From: Blastocatellia bacterium
Lineage (GTDB): Bacteria > Acidobacteriota > Blastocatellia > UBA7656
NCBI GenBank assembly: GCA_035249305.1
Contig: DATFGQ010000103.1
Span: 6,542 to 70,541, forward strand
Length of the DNA stretch: 64,000 bases
Reading direction: 5' to 3'
The stretch's first letter is position 1; every line of letters begins with the position of its first letter. The notes beneath the pieces are model-generated. The model saw nothing but the letters and a program-made list of their open reading frames with translations. It was not told the DNA's origin and did not search any database. Position numbers and translations under genes: made by a program. Positions 7,600-15,589 of this stretch are shown here, one piece after another.

Positions 7600-9971
7600 G
7601 CGAGGCAGACGAGCCTCTTCAAAGCGTCAATCCGCCGCTGCTGTTGTTCTATGATCTGTTGCTGCTCGCGGACGGCGTTGACTAAGACGGTTGTGATCTG
7701 TTTGTACTTGACGCCTTCGATCTCGCCTTTCGCGTTGCGCGTGACCAAAAGCGGCTCGACTTTTTCAACTTCTTCCGCGCCGAAGCCGACATCACGCAAC
7801 CCATCGTCATTCCAACTAAAACTGATAGGACGCAAGCGGCGAACAACATCAAGCCCGCTGACGAAGGGCTGCACTCCGGTTTTGTAACGCAAGGATGACG
7901 AGCAAGTTGAGATTTGGCTTGAGCCGTTGCGGCATAGATCGGTGCTGCCGGCAGAGCCGAAGCTGACGAAGGTGATGGTTCCCGTCACCGTGAGATCATC
8001 CGCGACGTTGAGTCTGCCCGGCACCCTGACCTGATCGGTAGACCTGCCGAGCTGAATCGTGTCGCTTGTGTTGACGACTGCGCCCGAGCCTATGGCCGTG
8101 GCAAAGCTGAGATTGCCCGCGCCGACGTTAGCGCTCCAGCCGACTGTGGTGTTGTTATTGCCGCTGGTGTTGTCGCTGCCTGCCTCTTGACCGATGAACG
8201 TGTTGCGGTTGCCGTTTATCGTTCCAGCGCCCGCTCCATAGCCGAAGAAGGAATTGCCGTTGCCCGCCACGTTTGAGTCGCCCGCTTGACTGCCGAAAAA
8301 GGAGTTGAAGAAACCCGTCGTGTTGCCGACGCCCGCATTTGAGCCGAAGAAAGAGTTGTCGTTTCCCGTCGCCGCCTGTCCGGCTTGAAATCCAAAATAT
8401 GAGTTCCCGGCCGCCGTCATATTCGCCCGGCCTGCAAACCTGCCGACGAATGTGTTGCCGCTCGCCGTTGTATTGTTCAGCCCTGCGTTCCCGCCCATAA
8501 ACGTATTGAAGCTGCCCGTAGAGTTATTCCTGCCCGCGTCGGCTCCGAAGAAGGAGTTCTCCTGTCCGCCGCCATTCGCGCGGCCTGAGTTCGCGCCGAA
8601 GAAAGAGTTGTTGCTTGAGGTATTCGATGAACCCGCGAAGAAACCGAAGAATGAGTTGCTCACGCCGCCTACGTTCGACAATCCGGCGTTGCTGCCGAAG
8701 AAAGAATTTTGCATGCCGGCGACGTTTGATGAGCCTGACAAGAGGCCGAAGAACGAGTTGCCGCCCGCCACGTTTTGAAACCCTGCGCGATAGCCGAAAA
8801 ATGAATTGCCCGCGGCTGAAGCGTTTGCATTGCCCGCTTCAGTTCCGAAAAAGGCGTTGTTTGCGCCTGTAGTATTTACCGCGCCCGCCCGAAAGCCGAA
8901 GAAGGAGTTGCTGTTGGCGGTCGAGTTTAATGCTCCGGCGCGGTATCCGAAAAAAGCGTTCTCTGTGCCGGACGAATTAGCGACGCCCGCAGCAGCGCCG
9001 AAGAAAGAGTTCTGGCTGGCTGTGTTGTTAGCGCCCGCGCTGTTGCCAAAGAATGCGTTCTCGCTGCCGGTCGTGTTGTCAAAGCCCGCGTCTGTGCCGA
9101 AGAAGGCATTGCCGCTGCCCGTCGTGTTCGCCATGCCCGACTGACCGCCGAAGAATGAGTTGCCGCTCGCCGTAGAGTTCTGACCGGCCAGATAACCGAA
9201 GTAAGCGTTGAGAGCGCCGGTCGTGTTTGCCGCCCCCGCCGAGCGGCCGAAGAAAGCGTTGCCCGCGCCAATCGTATTTGTCCCGGCGTTCACCCCGACA
9301 AAGAGGTTTGTCGTGCCTGCAATGCTCAAGACGCGGCTGCCTCCGATGTTGTACTGCGTCGCCGCGTTGAACGTGCCGGCCGTGCCTGAGCCTGTGATGT
9401 TGAAATTGCTTCCGGCTTGCTGAGAGGTCGCGTTCTGAATGTAGTTGCCGCTTCCAGCAGGCACACTCGCCACAGGGATAGCTCCCGTCACCGCCGAGCC
9501 CGCGACGCTTTGAATCTGGCTGCTCGTCACACAGTTGACGCAAGCCACAGACAGCCCGTCCGCGGTCGCCGCGTTCAAGCTCTTTATCGCGTAAGGACTC
9601 GACATCACTTCCTGACGCGGCGTAAGCAACGTGAATCCGGCCGCGCCCGATGGCCTCACGCTGATCTCAAGAAAGCGTTTATCGCCGGTGAACTGATTGC
9701 CGAAGTTTAACTGCACGGTGAAGACACCATTGGTCACAGCGACCGAGAGCAGTTGAAGGGTCGAGCCTATCTGAGAGCCGCCCTCCGGCTGATCAAAGAG
9801 GCGGAACTCGAAATCGTATATTGAGTCTGCCGGGTTGCCTGAATCTGTCAGCCGGCCTTGATAGGTGAACTCCGTCGTCTGCGCCAGCGCTGTACTTGAC
9901 GCTGATAGCCATGCCATCATCAAGATCAATTTAACGATCCAGCGAACGCCTTGCCTTCTTCCGCTTTTCAT
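7572..9971 (-). CDS. secreted fibre-like repeat protein with C-terminal Peptidase_S74-type intramolecular chaperone domain (tail-fiber-domain protein)
   Basis: Signal peptide ...WLSASSTALAQ and an N-terminal motif TEFTYQGRLTDSGNPADSIYDFEFRLFD. About 20 degenerate ~17-aa repeats N[AS]FFGxx[AS]GxxNT[TS]Gxx follow. The C-terminus CSSSLRYKTGV...GFGAEEVEKVEPLLV...GVKYKQITTVLVNAVREQQ resembles the endosialidase/tail-spike chaperone. Confidence 0.8.
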   Translation of the reverse strand: MKSGRRQGVRWIVKLILMMAWLSASSTALAQTTEFTYQGRLTDSGNPADSIYDFEFRLFDQPEGGSQIGSTLQLLSVAVTNGVFTVQLNFGNQFTGDKRFLEISVRPSGAAGFTLLTPRQEVMSSPYAIKSLNAATADGLSVACVNCVTSSQIQSVAGSAVTGAIPVASVPAGSGNYIQNATSQQAGSNFNITGSGTAGTFNAATQYNIGGSRVLSIAGTTNLFVGVNAGTNTIGAGNAFFGRSAGAANTTGALNAYFGYLAGQNSTASGNSFFGGQSGMANTTGSGNAFFGTDAGFDNTTGSENAFFGNSAGANNTASQNSFFGAAAGVANSSGTENAFFGYRAGALNSTANSNSFFGFRAGAVNTTGANNAFFGTEAGNANASAAGNSFFGYRAGFQNVAGGNSFFGLLSGSSNVAGMQNSFFGSNAGLSNVGGVSNSFFGFFAGSSNTSSNNSFFGANSGRANGGGQENSFFGADAGRNNSTGSFNTFMGGNAGLNNTTASGNTFVGRFAGRANMTAAGNSYFGFQAGQAATGNDNSFFGSNAGVGNTTGFFNSFFGSQAGDSNVAGNGNSFFGYGAGAGTINGNRNTFIGQEAGSDNTSGNNNTTVGWSANVGAGNLSFATAIGSGAVVNTSDTIQLGRSTDQVRVPGRLNVADDLTVTGTITFVSFGSAGSTDLCRNGSSQISTCSSSLRYKTGVQPFVSGLDVVRRLRPISFSWNDDGLRDVGFGAEEVEKVEPLLVTRNAKGEIEGVKYKQITTVLVNAVREQQQIIEQQQRRIDALKRLVCLAHPQADVCK
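8171..9239. repeat. ~51-bp tandem coding repeats (17-aa units) inside fibre gene A (approximate bounds)
   Basis: The NxFFG...NTTG units recur with a 17-aa period in the translation. The antisense frames show the mirrored periodic PKKAL/PKKEL pseudo-peptides. Confidence 0.7.
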
Positions 9972-9986
9972 CTCATCTCTCCGATG

Positions 9987-11831
9987 CTATTTGCAGAATT
10001 CTCTTTCGGGGTGGTCCTGGCAGACTATCTTCTTGAGAGCATCGATCTGAGCCTGCTGTTGGCGTATGGCGTTGACTAAGACGGCTGTGATCTGCGCGTA
10101 CTTCACGCCTTCGATTTCGCCTGTGTCGTTGCGAGTGACGAGCAGCGGTTCAACCTGCTCGACCTCTTCGGCGCCAAATCCTAGATCACGCATTCCGTCT
10201 TGATTCCATTTAAAAGTGATCGGTCGCAGGCGGCCTATGATGTCGAGCCCGCCGTCGAACGAGCGCACGTCGGTTTTGTAGCGCAAGGAAGATGAGCAGG
10301 TGGCGATTTGATTTGAGCCGTTGCGGCATAGCGAGGTGCTGCCGGCAGCGCCGAGCGTGACGACTACGAGATTGCCCGGCACGCGAACGCTGTCGCCCGT
10401 GCGTCCGAGCACGACCGTGTTGCTTGTGCTGACCGTGGCTCCGGCTCCGACGGCCGCGGCGAAGCTGAGATTGCCCGAGGACACGTCGGCGTTCTGACCG
10501 ATGATCGTGTTGTTGTTGCCGGTCGTGTTCGAGTTGCCCGCATTTCTCCCGAAGAAGGCATTGTTGCTGCCGCTCGTGTTCTGGTATCCGGCCGCGTTGC
10601 CGAAGAAGGCGTTGTCGGTTCCCGTCGTATTGTTGCGGCCCGTCGAGGTCCCGAAGAACGCGTTGTCGTCGCCGGTCGAGTTGCTCCGGCCCGCCGATAT
10701 GCCGAAGAAGGCGTTGTTTACTCCCGAAGTGTTCGCGTATCCGGCAGCGCCTCCGAAGAAAGAGTTGTTGCTGCCGCTCGTGTTCTGGTACCCGGCAGAG
10801 TTGCCGAAAAACGAGTTGGCCCCGCCAGTCGTGTTCGAGGCGCCGGAGTGATAGCCAAAGAAGGCATTGCTACTGCCTGTCGTATTCTGATTGCCGGCGC
10901 TCGTGCCGAAGAAAGCGTTGTCAGCGCCTGTCGTATTAAAGTTGCCAGCTTCATTTCCAAAAAACGAGTTGTTGCGACCTTCCGTGTTCGCCTGGCCGGC
11001 GGCATATCCAAAGAAGGCGTTGTTTCTGCCGGTCGTGTTCGCCTGGCCTGCGTAAGCCCCAAAGAAAGCGTTGCAGCATGCCGACGTATTCGAGCTGCCT
11101 GCGGCATATCCAAAGAAGGAGTTGCTGAAGCCTGTCGTGTTCGCGGCTCCTGTGCCAAAACCGGCAAGGGTAGTGGTGGCGTAGGCGGTTAAGACGCGGT
11201 TGCCGTTGATACTGAAATGCGTCGCTGCGTTGAACGTGCCGGCCGTGCCCGTGCCGTTGATGTTGAAGTTGGCCGTGACCTGCTGACCAGTCCTATTCTG
11301 GATGTAATCGTTGCTGCCCGCGGGCACACTCGCTACGGGAATCGCCCCCGTCACCGCCGAGCCCGCGACGCTTTGAATCTGGCTGCTCGTCACGCAATTC
11401 ACACAATCCACCGATAGCGTGTCGGCGCTTGACGCCGCAAGGCTCTTGATGGAATAAGGCGCGGAAAGGATCTGCTCGCGCGGGCTGAGGACTGTAAAAG
11501 CGCCGCCGCCCGCCGCGCGGTAGCCGATTTCTAAAAAGCGGTCTTTGCCCGTGAAGACCGTTGCGCCGAAATCGAGCGTCACGCTGTAGACGCCGTTTGC
11601 TACCACGATGTTGAGCTGTTGCAGGGCGGCGCCTTGCTGGAATCCTGCGCTGATATCGTTGAATAGCTTGAACTCAAAATCGTAGTTTCCGTTGGCGGGC
11701 GAGCCGTTGTCCGTAAGCTTGCCTTGATAGGCGAAGGTTGTCGTCTGCGCCGAAGCGACCCCCGCGCTCAGGACCAGCAAAATCAAACCGAGTAAGACCG
11801 AGTCTCTGCGACTAAGAATGGTAAATGACAT
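9987..11831 (-). CDS. secreted fibre-like repeat protein, paralogue of 7572..9971, with S74-type chaperone C-terminus
   Basis: Same architecture as the paralogue. N-terminus TTFAYQGKLTDNGSPANGNYDFEFKLFN, and the collar block CVNCVTSSQIQSVAGSAVTGAIPVASVPAGS is identical in both. About 13 NxFFG repeats, then CSSSLRYKTDV...GFGAEEVEQVEPLLV...GVKYAQITAVLVNAIRQQQ and the conserved C-terminal Cys pair. Confidence 0.8.
   Translation of the reverse strand: MSFTILSRRDSVLLGLILLVLSAGVASAQTTTFAYQGKLTDNGSPANGNYDFEFKLFNDISAGFQQGAALQQLNIVVANGVYSVTLDFGATVFTGKDRFLEIGYRAAGGGAFTVLSPREQILSAPYSIKSLAASSADTLSVDCVNCVTSSQIQSVAGSAVTGAIPVASVPAGSNDYIQNRTGQQVTANFNINGTGTAGTFNAATHFSINGNRVLTAYATTTLAGFGTGAANTTGFSNSFFGYAAGSSNTSACCNAFFGAYAGQANTTGRNNAFFGYAAGQANTEGRNNSFFGNEAGNFNTTGADNAFFGTSAGNQNTTGSSNAFFGYHSGASNTTGGANSFFGNSAGYQNTSGSNNSFFGGAAGYANTSGVNNAFFGISAGRSNSTGDDNAFFGTSTGRNNTTGTDNAFFGNAAGYQNTSGSNNAFFGRNAGNSNTTGNNNTIIGQNADVSSGNLSFAAAVGAGATVSTSNTVVLGRTGDSVRVPGNLVVVTLGAAGSTSLCRNGSNQIATCSSSLRYKTDVRSFDGGLDIIGRLRPITFKWNQDGMRDLGFGAEEVEQVEPLLVTRNDTGEIEGVKYAQITAVLVNAIRQQQAQIDALKKIVCQDHPEREFCK
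10496..11159. repeat. ~51-bp tandem coding repeats inside fibre gene B (approximate bounds)
   Basis: 17-aa periodicity, e.g. NAFFGAYAGQANTTGRN / NAFFGYAAGQANTEGRN / NSFFGNEAGNFNTTGAD. Confidence 0.7.
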
Positions 11832-11863
11832 CCTTCTACCTCCACATCAAGTCTTCGAGCGGA

Positions 11864-13570
11864 TCAATTCATCGCGGTGGTTACCGTCTTCCTGTTATTA
11901 GAGCCGACGGGGTCTGGAGTCAGGCTTTTTACCTGCGCAGTGTTGGAGATCGTCGACCCGCTCGCGGCATTACGCACGCGCACGGCGAGCGTGAACTCTG
12001 CCGAGTGACCCGCCTGCAACACGTAGCTTGAGCATGAGACTTTGCCCGTCCCGCCGACGGCAGGCTTTTCATAGACGACCCACCCGGCGGGCGCCTGTAA
12101 GGCGACGAATTCAGTCCCGGCCGGCAGCGTGTCTTGCCACGTGACGTGGAAGGCCGTGGGGTAGATGAATTCGCTGTTTGTGACGGTGATGTTGTAAGTG
12201 AGCGTCTGTCCGAGGCTGACAGGGTCGGGCGAGTCGGTCATCTGGATGGAGAGGTCGGCAGGTTGCGGGGGACCGTCGCCGAGGTAACGCGCGACCGCGA
12301 CACCCGCATACGCAGTAAAGGAGCCTGGAGGCCCTTCGATCAGATGCTGCTTCCAGATCGAGGTCACAATGCGCCCGTCTCCCTGTATCGCGACGGCTGT
12401 GCAGTGATCATACTCGTCAACGTCGGTTGTGACGGCGCCGTTTGCGCCGAAGCTCGTATCGAGCGAGCCGTTGGCGTTAAACCGAGCCAGGCGCGAGTTC
12501 TGGGGAGAGCCGACGGCCCGACCTACGACTACGATCTTGCCATTTGCTTGAAGAGCGGCTGCGTCCGCCAGGCCATCGCCGCCGTGGGCGAAGCCCCCGT
12601 TGCCGAAGCTCGTGTCGAGCGAGCCGTTGGCGTTGTAGCGAATCAGCCCAAAGTCGTAGCTCGTTGACGAGGTCCCGGCCAGTACTAGCTTGCCGTTCGC
12701 CTGTAATAGCAGAGCCTCGGTTCTTCCTTTGCCGAACGCCTGGGTGACAACTTTGCCGTCGCCGCTGAACGACGTGTCGAGACTGCCGTCCGCGTTATAT
12801 CTCGCCATACAGAAATCGAAATTGAAATAGCCGAAACTGCTTCCGAGCTCGTCGTTGGTCATCCCTGCTACGACGATCTTCCCGTCGCTTTGCACAACCA
12901 CATCGCTTGCCAGATCGCGCGGGTTGAAAAAGTCTGTGACCTCAAACCCATCGCCTCCCCCGAAACCGCCGTCAGGGCTGCCCGAAGATGTGAGGCGCGC
13001 GACGAAGAGATCTACCGCCGGTGCGGATGAATCAAGCGCGATAGACCCGGCGACGACGATCTTGCCGTCCGACTGTAAGGCGACAGCGCTCGCGTCAACC
13101 GGGGAAGATAGATCGAAGATCGCTTTGCCGCCCGCGCCGAACGCGGTGTCGAGCGAGCCGTCAACTTTGTAGCGAGCCAAGGCGATGTTGTTGCCGCTGC
13201 CGTCAGCCGGAACGATCGTGCCCGCCAGCAGGATTCGACCGTCGGGCCGAATCGCGATCTCTTTCGCGTAGGCGTTGGCGCCGAACTCGGTCGTCACCTT
13301 CCCGCCCACACCGAATGACTGATCGAGTTTGCCGTCCGTGTTGTAGCGCGCGAGCGCGAAATCGCTCGATGTATAACCTGCAACCAGCGCCTTGCCGTCC
13401 GCTTGAATCGCCACTGACGTTAGATAAATAATTGAACTCGAATCGATGCTTGCAATGCCATCCAGGTCGAAGCTCGTATCGAGGTCGCCCGCCGCCGCTT
13501 CCACCCGTCCCGTCAGACTTGTCGCTACCAGCATCGCTATTATCGCCAGCGCCAATGTCGTCGTTCTCAT
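11864..13570 (-). CDS. secreted delta-60-repeat (beta-propeller-like) protein with C-terminal DUF11 domain
   Basis: ATG at 13570 (MRTTTLALAIIAMLV..., RBS AGGAAGGAG). DGxLDxSFGxGGK recurs every ~55 aa. The C-terminal part is DUF11-like (LTYNITVTNSE...DTLPAGTEFV...NTAQV). Confidence 0.8.
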   Translation of the reverse strand: MRTTTLALAIIAMLVATSLTGRVEAAAGDLDTSFDLDGIASIDSSSIIYLTSVAIQADGKALVAGYTSSDFALARYNTDGKLDQSFGVGGKVTTEFGANAYAKEIAIRPDGRILLAGTIVPADGSGNNIALARYKVDGSLDTAFGAGGKAIFDLSSPVDASAVALQSDGKIVVAGSIALDSSAPAVDLFVARLTSSGSPDGGFGGGDGFEVTDFFNPRDLASDVVVQSDGKIVVAGMTNDELGSSFGYFNFDFCMARYNADGSLDTSFSGDGKVVTQAFGKGRTEALLLQANGKLVLAGTSSTSYDFGLIRYNANGSLDTSFGNGGFAHGGDGLADAAALQANGKIVVVGRAVGSPQNSRLARFNANGSLDTSFGANGAVTTDVDEYDHCTAVAIQGDGRIVTSIWKQHLIEGPPGSFTAYAGVAVARYLGDGPPQPADLSIQMTDSPDPVSLGQTLTYNITVTNSEFIYPTAFHVTWQDTLPAGTEFVALQAPAGWVVYEKPAVGGTGKVSCSSYVLQAGHSAEFTLAVRVRNAASGSTISNTAQVKSLTPDPVGSNNRKTVTTAMN

Positions 13571-13664
13571 TCTACGCGCTCCTTCCTGCTGCTGTTCGGC
13601 GAGAGATGAGGTGAAAAGGGCGGGCATATTACTACCAGCCTGAGAAAGTTTTTTCAGCGAGATC
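13468..13664 (-). repeat. duplicated 5' module, copy 1 (94-nt leader + signal-peptide codons) of the delta-60 genes
   Basis: Aligns without gaps to 15258..15454 at an offset of 1790 nt. I count 3 differences in the 94-nt untranslated part and 13 in the 103-nt coding part. Confidence 0.85.
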
Positions 13665-15360
13665 AAGGCACATGTGTTTGAGTGACCGCTTTGTTATTGG
13701 GTGTGTAAAGGTCATTGGTGAAGCTGCTTGCAACAGATGCCCTGTTGGTGATCGTCGTATTGCGCACTCCTGAATTCACTTTCACGACCAGCGTGAAGGT
13801 CGCTGAAGTCGTGAAGGGCGGGTTAGGGGCGGCCGCTTTCGATCTCGACACGGAGACGGTTCCGGGGTGACCGGCGGCGGGTTTGGAATAGACGACCCAC
13901 CCCTGCGGGACCGTGAGTGACTGGAAAGTGGTGTCGTCAGGGATAGTATCTTTGAGAGTGACGAAGTAAGAGGGGTCTGGCCCGTAGTTTGAAACCGTGA
14001 TTGTGTAGGTGATTCTATCCTGGCTTAGCGAAGCAGACATCGCGACTGCGAGATTGGCTGACGTTGGCGCTCCATCTCCCTTATAACGCGCCATCGAACT
14101 ACTGGCATGATAGCCACCCTGATAGAAGTGGTGGGTGATTCCTACCGCTATGACCTGGTCATTGCCGTAGAGGGCCATTGCAGTAGCCCCTTCATCTCCG
14201 CCAAAAAAATCGGTTAATACGTAGTCGCCTGACCCGTAGCTGTTAACGCTGCCGTCGGAATTGAATCGAGCCAGCAGGAAATCGTAGCGCGTTGAATGAC
14301 CACCCCCTGCCATAATGATCTTGCCGTTTGGCAATATCTCCAGGTCTGCCCCGTTACAGGAAATGGATGGAGAAAGAAAGGCAATCATTTTGCCGTCCGA
14401 GCCGAAGGTCGTATCGAGCGAGCCGTCCGGGTTATATCTGATTAGTGCAAGACTCTTATAAAGCCCGTTGTCGGCGCTTCCGCCCGCCAATATGCGACCA
14501 TCCGGCAGCAAGGCGATTTCCCCAGTAGTATTGTTCGTGCCGAAGAAATCTGTGATAACGATTCCGAACCAGCCGAAGGTCGTATCCAAACTGCCGTTCG
14601 TGTTGAGTCTCACCAGCACGGAATCGTAATCCCCGTCTAACGTGTGGCTGGCGGAGCCGCCAACCAGAATGCGACCGTCAGGTTGTATGACAACACTGGA
14701 GGCGATGTCACCGTGGCCGAAGAAATCCATTTCGAACATTCCGCCTGTGGCGAAGGAAGTGTCGACCGAGCCGTTGGCGTTGTAACGAACAACGGCGAGG
14801 TTTCTAAATTGGTTCGGAGATCCCGTATGTCCGACCGCAACGATGCGCCCGTCGGGCTGAAGGGCAAGGTCAAAGATCCAGTCATCATTGCTGAAGGCCG
14901 CCACGGCGATGCCGCCCGTGCCGAAGGTTGTATCGAGGCTGCCGTCCGTGTTGTAGCGCGCCAGGGCAAAGTAACCGGCCGCTATATCCTGATGGCGTCT
15001 ATAGCCCCCTGTAATGATCTTGCCGTTGGGTTGAATAGCTACGGTCTGGGCATGAGCATAGAAAGGCAGAATGTCTGTCACGACTTTGCCGCCGATGCCG
15101 AACGTCTGGTCGAGCGTACCGTCAGGGTTGTATCTGGTTATTGCGAGATGGCTATTGTACGCTCCGACTGCCACGATACGACCGTCTGCCTGGACAGCCA
15201 CATCCCAAAACTGATTCTCATATTCGCCGAAGGCTGTCGAGACTATACCGCCCGACCCGAAGCTTGTATCGAGGTCGCCCGCCGCCGCTTCCACCCGTCC
15301 CGTCAGACTCGTCATCACCATGATCGCTATCACCGCTAGCGCCGCTATCGTCGTTCTCAT
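13663..15360 (-). CDS. secreted delta-60-repeat protein with C-terminal DUF11 domain (paralogue)
   Basis: ATG at 15360 (MRTTIAALAVIAIMV...). Repeated DG[ST]LD[TQ]TFGxGG motifs are present. The C-terminal part is DUF11-like (ITYTITVSNYGPDPSYFVTLKDTIPDDTTF). Confidence 0.8.
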   Translation of the reverse strand: MRTTIAALAVIAIMVMTSLTGRVEAAAGDLDTSFGSGGIVSTAFGEYENQFWDVAVQADGRIVAVGAYNSHLAITRYNPDGTLDQTFGIGGKVVTDILPFYAHAQTVAIQPNGKIITGGYRRHQDIAAGYFALARYNTDGSLDTTFGTGGIAVAAFSNDDWIFDLALQPDGRIVAVGHTGSPNQFRNLAVVRYNANGSVDTSFATGGMFEMDFFGHGDIASSVVIQPDGRILVGGSASHTLDGDYDSVLVRLNTNGSLDTTFGWFGIVITDFFGTNNTTGEIALLPDGRILAGGSADNGLYKSLALIRYNPDGSLDTTFGSDGKMIAFLSPSISCNGADLEILPNGKIIMAGGGHSTRYDFLLARFNSDGSVNSYGSGDYVLTDFFGGDEGATAMALYGNDQVIAVGITHHFYQGGYHASSSMARYKGDGAPTSANLAVAMSASLSQDRITYTITVSNYGPDPSYFVTLKDTIPDDTTFQSLTVPQGWVVYSKPAAGHPGTVSVSRSKAAAPNPPFTTSATFTLVVKVNSGVRNTTITNRASVASSFTNDLYTPNNKAVTQTHVP

Positions 15361-15454
15361 TCCACGCGCTCCTTCCTGCTGCTGTTCGGCGAGAGATGAG
15401 GTGAAAAGGGCGGGCATATTACTACCGGCCTGAGAAAGTTTTTTCAGGGAGATC
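15258..15454 (-). repeat. duplicated 5' module, copy 2
   Basis: See 13468..13664. The leader reads (minus strand) GATCTCCCTGAAAAAACTTTCTCAGGCCGGTAGTAATATGCCCGCCCTTTTCACCTCATCTCTCGCCGAACAGCAGCAGGAAGGAGCGCGTGGAATG. Confidence 0.85.
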
Positions 15455-15500
15455 GAGATCGGTGCTAGAATTGGGATGTTTTTCAGGCCACTCTACATCT

Positions 15501-15574
15501 AAGTCCTGAGTGCTGAGTGCTGAGTCCTGAGTATTTTCTTTCACTCAGGACTCAGCACTCAGCACTCAGGACTT
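15501..15574. repeat. perfect 32-bp inverted repeat built from tandem heptamers (GTCCTGA/GTGCTGA), 10-nt loop
   Basis: AAGTCCTGAGTGCTGAGTGCTGAGTCCTGAGT (15501-15532) and ACTCAGGACTCAGCACTCAGCACTCAGGACTT (15543-15574) are exact reverse complements. The repeat lies in the divergent region between the delta-60 gene and the CHAT gene and ends 15 nt before the CHAT ATG. Confidence 0.95.
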
Positions 15575-15589
15575 AATTGGGACGTAGTT

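Noticed and set aside
8452-9144. Plus-strand ORFs with striking periodic PKKEL/PKKAL peptides (8452..8778 and 8806..9144, also 10501..10851).
   Set aside because: They are the antisense reading of the 51-bp fibre repeats. The periodicity is inherited from the sense strand, and they lack starts with an RBS.
7572-11831. Prophage or phage-remnant interpretation of the tail-fiber-domain genes.
   Set aside because: No capsid, terminase, portal, baseplate, tape-measure, integrase or att-like repeats occur anywhere in the 64 kb. Both proteins have Sec signal peptides. Their neighbours are cellular surface-protein and regulatory genes.
15501-15574. CRISPR array interpretation of the heptamer and tandem repeats (also 39066-39126, 29471-29538, 15833-16912).
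   Set aside because: The repeat units are 7 nt or 120 nt with no 25-40-nt unique spacers, and they form simple inverted arrays or lie inside a coding sequence. No cas genes are present.
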